Assembly: GCA_043820655.1 (NCBI GenBank)
Contig: JBDRDO010000092.1
Span: 1-37,487 of the forward strand
Reading direction: 5' to 3'
DNA length: 37,487 nt
Origin: Candidatus Iainarchaeum sp.
GTDB lineage: Archaea > Iainarchaeota > Iainarchaeia > Iainarchaeales > JAZDEL01
Under the pieces are notes generated by a model. The model had not been told where the DNA came from and searched no databases. It saw only the letters and a list, made by a program, of their open reading frames with translations. Positions 33,999 through 37,487 of the stretch are shown piece by piece. The position numbers were made by a program, and so were the translations under genes. Within the stretch, counting starts at the first letter, position 1; every line of letters begins with the position of its first letter.

Positions 33999-34760
33999 AT
34001 GCCATCCACAAACTCCATAAAACTGCTTAAGCCCTCAACAACGGTTAAGGGCGGGCGCCTTGTGATTGACCGCACAAAATCGGGAGTGCCGGGTCTTGAT
34101 GAAATGATGGGCGGCGGCCTGCCTAAGGGAAATCTTGTTGTGTTATCGGGAGACCCGGGCTCGGGAAAAACGGTTTTCTGCTGGCAGTTTCTTTATGAAG
34201 GGGCGACAAAATATGACGAGCCGGGGGTTTACGTAAGCCTTGAGGAAACCGAGGAGGCAATAGTAACAGGCGCACTTGAATTCGGCATGGACTTCAGGGA
34301 AATGATCGAAAACAATAAGCTGAAGATAATCACAATTGAGCTTTACGATTTCGAGCGCCTGAAAAGCGCTGTTGAGGACACGATAGCAAGCATAAATGCT
34401 GTAAGGGTTGTGATTGACCCCGGGGTTATTTTCCGCCTGTTTTTTGACCGCGAGCTTGAGGCAAGGAAAAGGATTGTTTCGCTCGGAAAAATGTTAAAGC
34501 GTATTGGCTGCACAACTATCATCACAAGTGAAATCACGCTTGACAACATAAAGGGTCTTTACGGCCTTGAGGAGTATGTTGCAGACGGCGTTATTCTGCT
34601 TTACCACACAAAGCTGAAAAATAAGTTTGTGCGCAGTGTCGGAGTATTAAAAATGCGAAACACAGAAATATCCGAACAGCTTAAGCCATTGAAAATAACC
34701 AATTCAGGAATAAAGGTGCTTTCAAAGGCCGAGCTGTTTGAGGACGTAAAGGCTGATTGA
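33999..34760 (+). CDS. KaiC-like single-domain ATPase
   Basis: GVPGLDEMMGGGLPKGNLVVLSGDPGSGKTVFCWQFLYEG, with Walker A at 34149..34172. It also has GVYVSLEETEE and the Walker B-like VRVVIDPG. Confidence 0.88.
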   Translation: MPSTNSIKLLKPSTTVKGGRLVIDRTKSGVPGLDEMMGGGLPKGNLVVLSGDPGSGKTVFCWQFLYEGATKYDEPGVYVSLEETEEAIVTGALEFGMDFREMIENNKLKIITIELYDFERLKSAVEDTIASINAVRVVIDPGVIFRLFFDRELEARKRIVSLGKMLKRIGCTTIITSEITLDNIKGLYGLEEYVADGVILLYHTKLKNKFVRSVGVLKMRNTEISEQLKPLKITNSGIKVLSKAELFEDVKAD

Positions 34761-34761
34761 T

Positions 34762-35592
34762 ATGGCTGAAAAAAAGCGCGCCAAAAAAGCAAAGCCCCGC
34801 GCCCCCGCGAAACAAAGGGTGAAGCCCGCGGCAAAAATTTCTCTTGCAAAATTCCTGCCCGGAAAAAAACCAATTGCAGAAAGTCCCGCGCCAATGAATA
34901 TAGAAGAAGCCCGCGCACGGCCTGTTGTGAAGCCGGAGATAAAGGAGCTTCCGCGCGAGGAGGAGTTCACTGATGAGCAGTTAAGGCGCATGCTCAGCCC
35001 GGATGCAAAAACCGATTTGCAGATAGAGCGCGGCTTTGAGGGAATGAAGGGCAGCTATTCCGCGCTTGTTATTGTGGAGAATGACGTTTATGCGGATGCA
35101 AGGATGGGCATCCTGAGGAAATTTGTGAATGCCGAGAAAATGCCCGGCGTTTATGTAAGTGTTAACAAGGCGTATGTAAAGGTAAAGGCCGAACTTGAGA
35201 AGGGCGGGATAAGCCCCGAAAAAATGAAGTTTGTCGATCTTGTTACGCGGACTTCCGATTCCGCGCACGCGCTTATTGAGGAGGGCAAGGTAATTTATGT
35301 CGATTCCGCAACAGACCTGACTGAAATTATAATCGCAATTGAGAAGCAGATGGACGCCATAAAGGAAAACAAGAAATTCCTTATCCTTGACTCGCTTTCA
35401 ACCCTGCTTGTTTACAACTCCCCCACAAGCGTTGAGAAGTTCACCCACTCCCTTATAAGCAAAATCGGCCAGCACACCACTCGGGGCGCGCTTATTTTTG
35501 TTTACTCAAAGGACCACGAGGGCGTTATCCAGACAATCAGCCAGTTCTGTGATAAGGTGATCAGGGTTGCCCGTGAGCAGCAGAATTGGTAA
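34762..35592 (+). CDS. RecA/KaiC-fold protein lacking Walker A, with Lys/Ala/Pro-rich N-terminus (degenerate paralog)
   Basis: It starts 1 nt after the KaiC-like stop. ALVIVENDVYADARMG...GVYVSVNKAY...FLILDSLSTLLVY is a paralog of 33200..33871, and no GKT is present. Confidence 0.65.
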   Translation: MAEKKRAKKAKPRAPAKQRVKPAAKISLAKFLPGKKPIAESPAPMNIEEARARPVVKPEIKELPREEEFTDEQLRRMLSPDAKTDLQIERGFEGMKGSYSALVIVENDVYADARMGILRKFVNAEKMPGVYVSVNKAYVKVKAELEKGGISPEKMKFVDLVTRTSDSAHALIEEGKVIYVDSATDLTEIIIAIEKQMDAIKENKKFLILDSLSTLLVYNSPTSVEKFTHSLISKIGQHTTRGALIFVYSKDHEGVIQTISQFCDKVIRVAREQQNW

Positions 35593-36934
35593 CTGCCCCG
35601 TCTTTTTCAGGCTCCTGCATTTTAAGCACAATATTCCCGAAACTTAATTCCTTCAGCAGTTTCTCAGCATCCGCCTTTACTCCGCCAATTTTCCTGCTGG
35701 CTTCGCCCAGCCTTTGCTCCGCGTTTTTGAGGAGTGCGGTGTTTTCCTCAACCTCGTTGCTGATTGCATTAAGCCCGCGCTCAATTCCTGAAATTTCCGC
35801 GCTTATTTTTGAGGATTCTATTTCCCTTTCCGTTGCTGCAATTTCCGCATCAATTTTATTCAGCTTCCAGAACAGCTCCCCGAAAAAGTCATAATCCTTT
35901 AATTCAGCTAGCGCGCGCATCTTTTTCGCACGCTCCTTTTCCTTAAGTGAAATTATCCCGTTTCTTACCATCTGTTCAACATCCGCCAGCAGTTTCTTCA
36001 GTATTTCAGCCTTCGGGTCCTGCTTTGCCGCAAGGAAAGGGTTTGTTAAATATGCATTCAGCAGCGCGCGCTCAGTATCCTCAAGGACATAATTTCCGCT
36101 TTCCGCAAGCCGCATAAACCTGTTCAGTGGCCTGTCAATCGGCGCAATCAGATTTATGAATCTGCCCTTAAGTTCCTGCTTCTCGCGCGCCTGCCCCGCC
36201 TTTTTTTCCATAAGTGAATTGAGTTCCTTAATTCCCGCGGAGTTTTGCAGTTCCGCAAGAACGCTGGCCTTTTTCTTCTCATCTTCCCGCAAAGCCATCA
36301 GGGCAGTATTTATTTTTTTTATTTCCGCGCTTATTTTTTCCCGCTCGGCAATCCCCGTTTTCAATCCCTCAAGCCCTGCCTTTGCAGCCATTGCCCTTCC
36401 CGCGGAATTGCCCTCAAAGAGCGCCTGTAGTTTTGCGAATGTTGAATTAAGCTCATTTATGTAATTTCCAAGATTTTTAACCTCCTGTTTCATTAAAATT
36501 CCGGTGTACATGACATTCCTGCCGAAGGTACGCAGTTCATCCTCCAGGCTTTTGCTTGAGTTTGTGCAGTATGCGCGCAGGATTTCATAATCGTGCTTCT
36601 CGGGAGGGGCAAGCCTTTCAGTGAGCGTTGACATGTTCTTAATCAGATTGCGCTTGCTTGTCTCAACAATCTTCCTAAGCCTTTTGTTTCCTTCCTCCGC
36701 CTCCAAATCACGGGATTCAAACTCCCGCAGTTCTGTTTTAATTTCGGCAAGCGTGTGCTTAATTTCGGCAAAATGCGCAAAAACCTGTTTTTCAAGCTCG
36801 GCAAACCCCGACTTTCCTTTCTCGGAAACCTGTGCGAGAGCCTCATTTATTTCCATTGTCCATGTTTCCTCTGGCGCCTTTCCCGCGCCCCTGCCTTTCC
36901 CGCCCGAGCCGAATATTTTGTCCAGAAAGCCCAT
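35561..36934 (-). CDS. long coiled-coil protein, function unknown
   Basis: ATG at 36934 (MGFLDKIFGSGGKGRGAGK...). The 457 aa are rich in E/K/L/A with heptad-like stretches throughout and no TM segment. The 3' end overlaps the convergent gene by 32 nt. Confidence 0.7.
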   Translation of the reverse strand: MGFLDKIFGSGGKGRGAGKAPEETWTMEINEALAQVSEKGKSGFAELEKQVFAHFAEIKHTLAEIKTELREFESRDLEAEEGNKRLRKIVETSKRNLIKNMSTLTERLAPPEKHDYEILRAYCTNSSKSLEDELRTFGRNVMYTGILMKQEVKNLGNYINELNSTFAKLQALFEGNSAGRAMAAKAGLEGLKTGIAEREKISAEIKKINTALMALREDEKKKASVLAELQNSAGIKELNSLMEKKAGQAREKQELKGRFINLIAPIDRPLNRFMRLAESGNYVLEDTERALLNAYLTNPFLAAKQDPKAEILKKLLADVEQMVRNGIISLKEKERAKKMRALAELKDYDFFGELFWKLNKIDAEIAATEREIESSKISAEISGIERGLNAISNEVEENTALLKNAEQRLGEASRKIGGVKADAEKLLKELSFGNIVLKMQEPEKDGAVTNSAAHGQP

Positions 36935-36984
36935 GATTAAATATTGCGCGAAAGTGGTTAAAAAATGGCGTGGAACAGCGCAAA

Positions 36985-36994
36985 GGTTAAATAG
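36985..36994 (+). promoter_or_regulatory. TATA-box-like element GGTTAAATAG
   Basis: It lies 22-31 nt upstream of the receiver-domain ATG at 37016, so the transcript may be leaderless. Confidence 0.45.
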
Positions 36995-37015
36995 CGGGTT
37001 GCACAACCATTTTCC

Positions 37016-37487
37016 ATGGTGCAGGAAAAAGAACGGGCAAAGACTGTTTTGATTGTGGAGGATGTTGAACAGGATAGGCTGATTCTTTACAACATTCTTG
37101 AGCGGCAGTTTAAGATCCAGGATGTAAAGGACTACAAAATATATGCAGTGGACCGCCCAGATGACGCGCTTGAAATCGCAAAAAATGAAAAGATAGGTCT
37201 CCTAATCACCGACCTTAACTTCAACAGGGCCAAGAGAAGCATGGTTTTTGAAACCTCGATTAAGTATGTGCAGGAGCTTGTGAAGGTTTGTGCCGGGCAC
37301 GGCGCAGGCCTTATTGTCACAAGTGACAAGGGGCTTGATGCCAAAACCGAGGAATTACTCAAAAAAAGCGGGGTGGAGTTCGTTAAGAAGCCGATTTACA
37401 CCGCCGACTTTGTAAAGCGCGTGGTGCAGTCCATAAAGGAGCCTGCATTTAAACCGAACCTTAGCGAAAGCGCCCTTAAGCACCTTA
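37016..37487 (+). CDS. CheY-like response regulator receiver domain protein (3' end runs off the window)
   Basis: Absent from the ORF track because it is open-ended. My translation is MVQEKERAKTVLIVEDVEQDRLILYNIL...IGLLITDLNF...GLIVTSDKG...EFVKKPIY. This shows the acidic pair, phospho-acceptor Asp, Thr/Ser and Lys-Pro in canonical REC order. Confidence 0.75.
   Translation, partial: MVQEKERAKTVLIVEDVEQDRLILYNILERQFKIQDVKDYKIYAVDRPDDALEIAKNEKIGLLITDLNFNRAKRSMVFETSIKYVQELVKVCAGHGAGLIVTSDKGLDAKTEELLKKSGVEFVKKPIYTADFVKRVVQSIKEPAFKPNLSESALKHL

Noticed and set aside
1-37487. tRNA, rRNA, SRP RNA and RNase P RNA genes
   Set aside because: I scanned the intergenic spacers by eye for T-loop (GTTCGAATC-like), RNase P CR-I (GAGGAAAGTCC-like) and C/D-box motifs and found none. 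A covariance-model scan would be needed for certainty.

Overview
All calls come from reading the sequence and the ORF track by eye; no searches were run. The window looks archaeal. It has class III (type IV pilin-like) signal peptides, an archaeal-type PGK, a cupin-type PGI, a geranylgeranyl reductase with its ferredoxin, several single-domain KaiC-like ATPases, and TATA boxes of the form (A/G)TTAAATAG about 25-40 nt upstream of start codons. Bacterial-type gap, coaD and coaE sit among these genes. A small-genome, possibly DPANN-like archaeon is my guess only. Layout: (1) 1-9800 holds housekeeping genes (GGR+ferredoxin, coaBC, pgk, pgi, gap) and two RHH/PIN toxin-antitoxin pairs; one pair appears to have inserted into the 3' end of pgi. 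(2) 9956-23589 is an Epd/Tad-like type IV pilus locus. It has six consecutive pilin-like genes (two are ~770-800 aa vWA proteins), a 751-aa Lys/Pro-rich protein with a C-terminal winged helix coupled to a FlaI/TadA-family ATPase, two single-domain platform genes, and a convergent major pilin. (3) 23737-28658 holds coaD, coaE, three small paralogous membrane-anchored proteins with near-identical promoters, and PMM/PGM. (4) 28730-37487 is the most unusual module. Two paralogous Ig-repeat single-pass surface proteins with conserved cytoplasmic tails are translationally coupled to a KaiC-like ATPase. Next come a second KaiC-like ATPase, two Walker-A-less RecA-fold paralogs, a 457-aa coiled-coil protein and a CheY-like receiver. 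I saw no rRNA, tRNA, CRISPR array, transposase or integrase.
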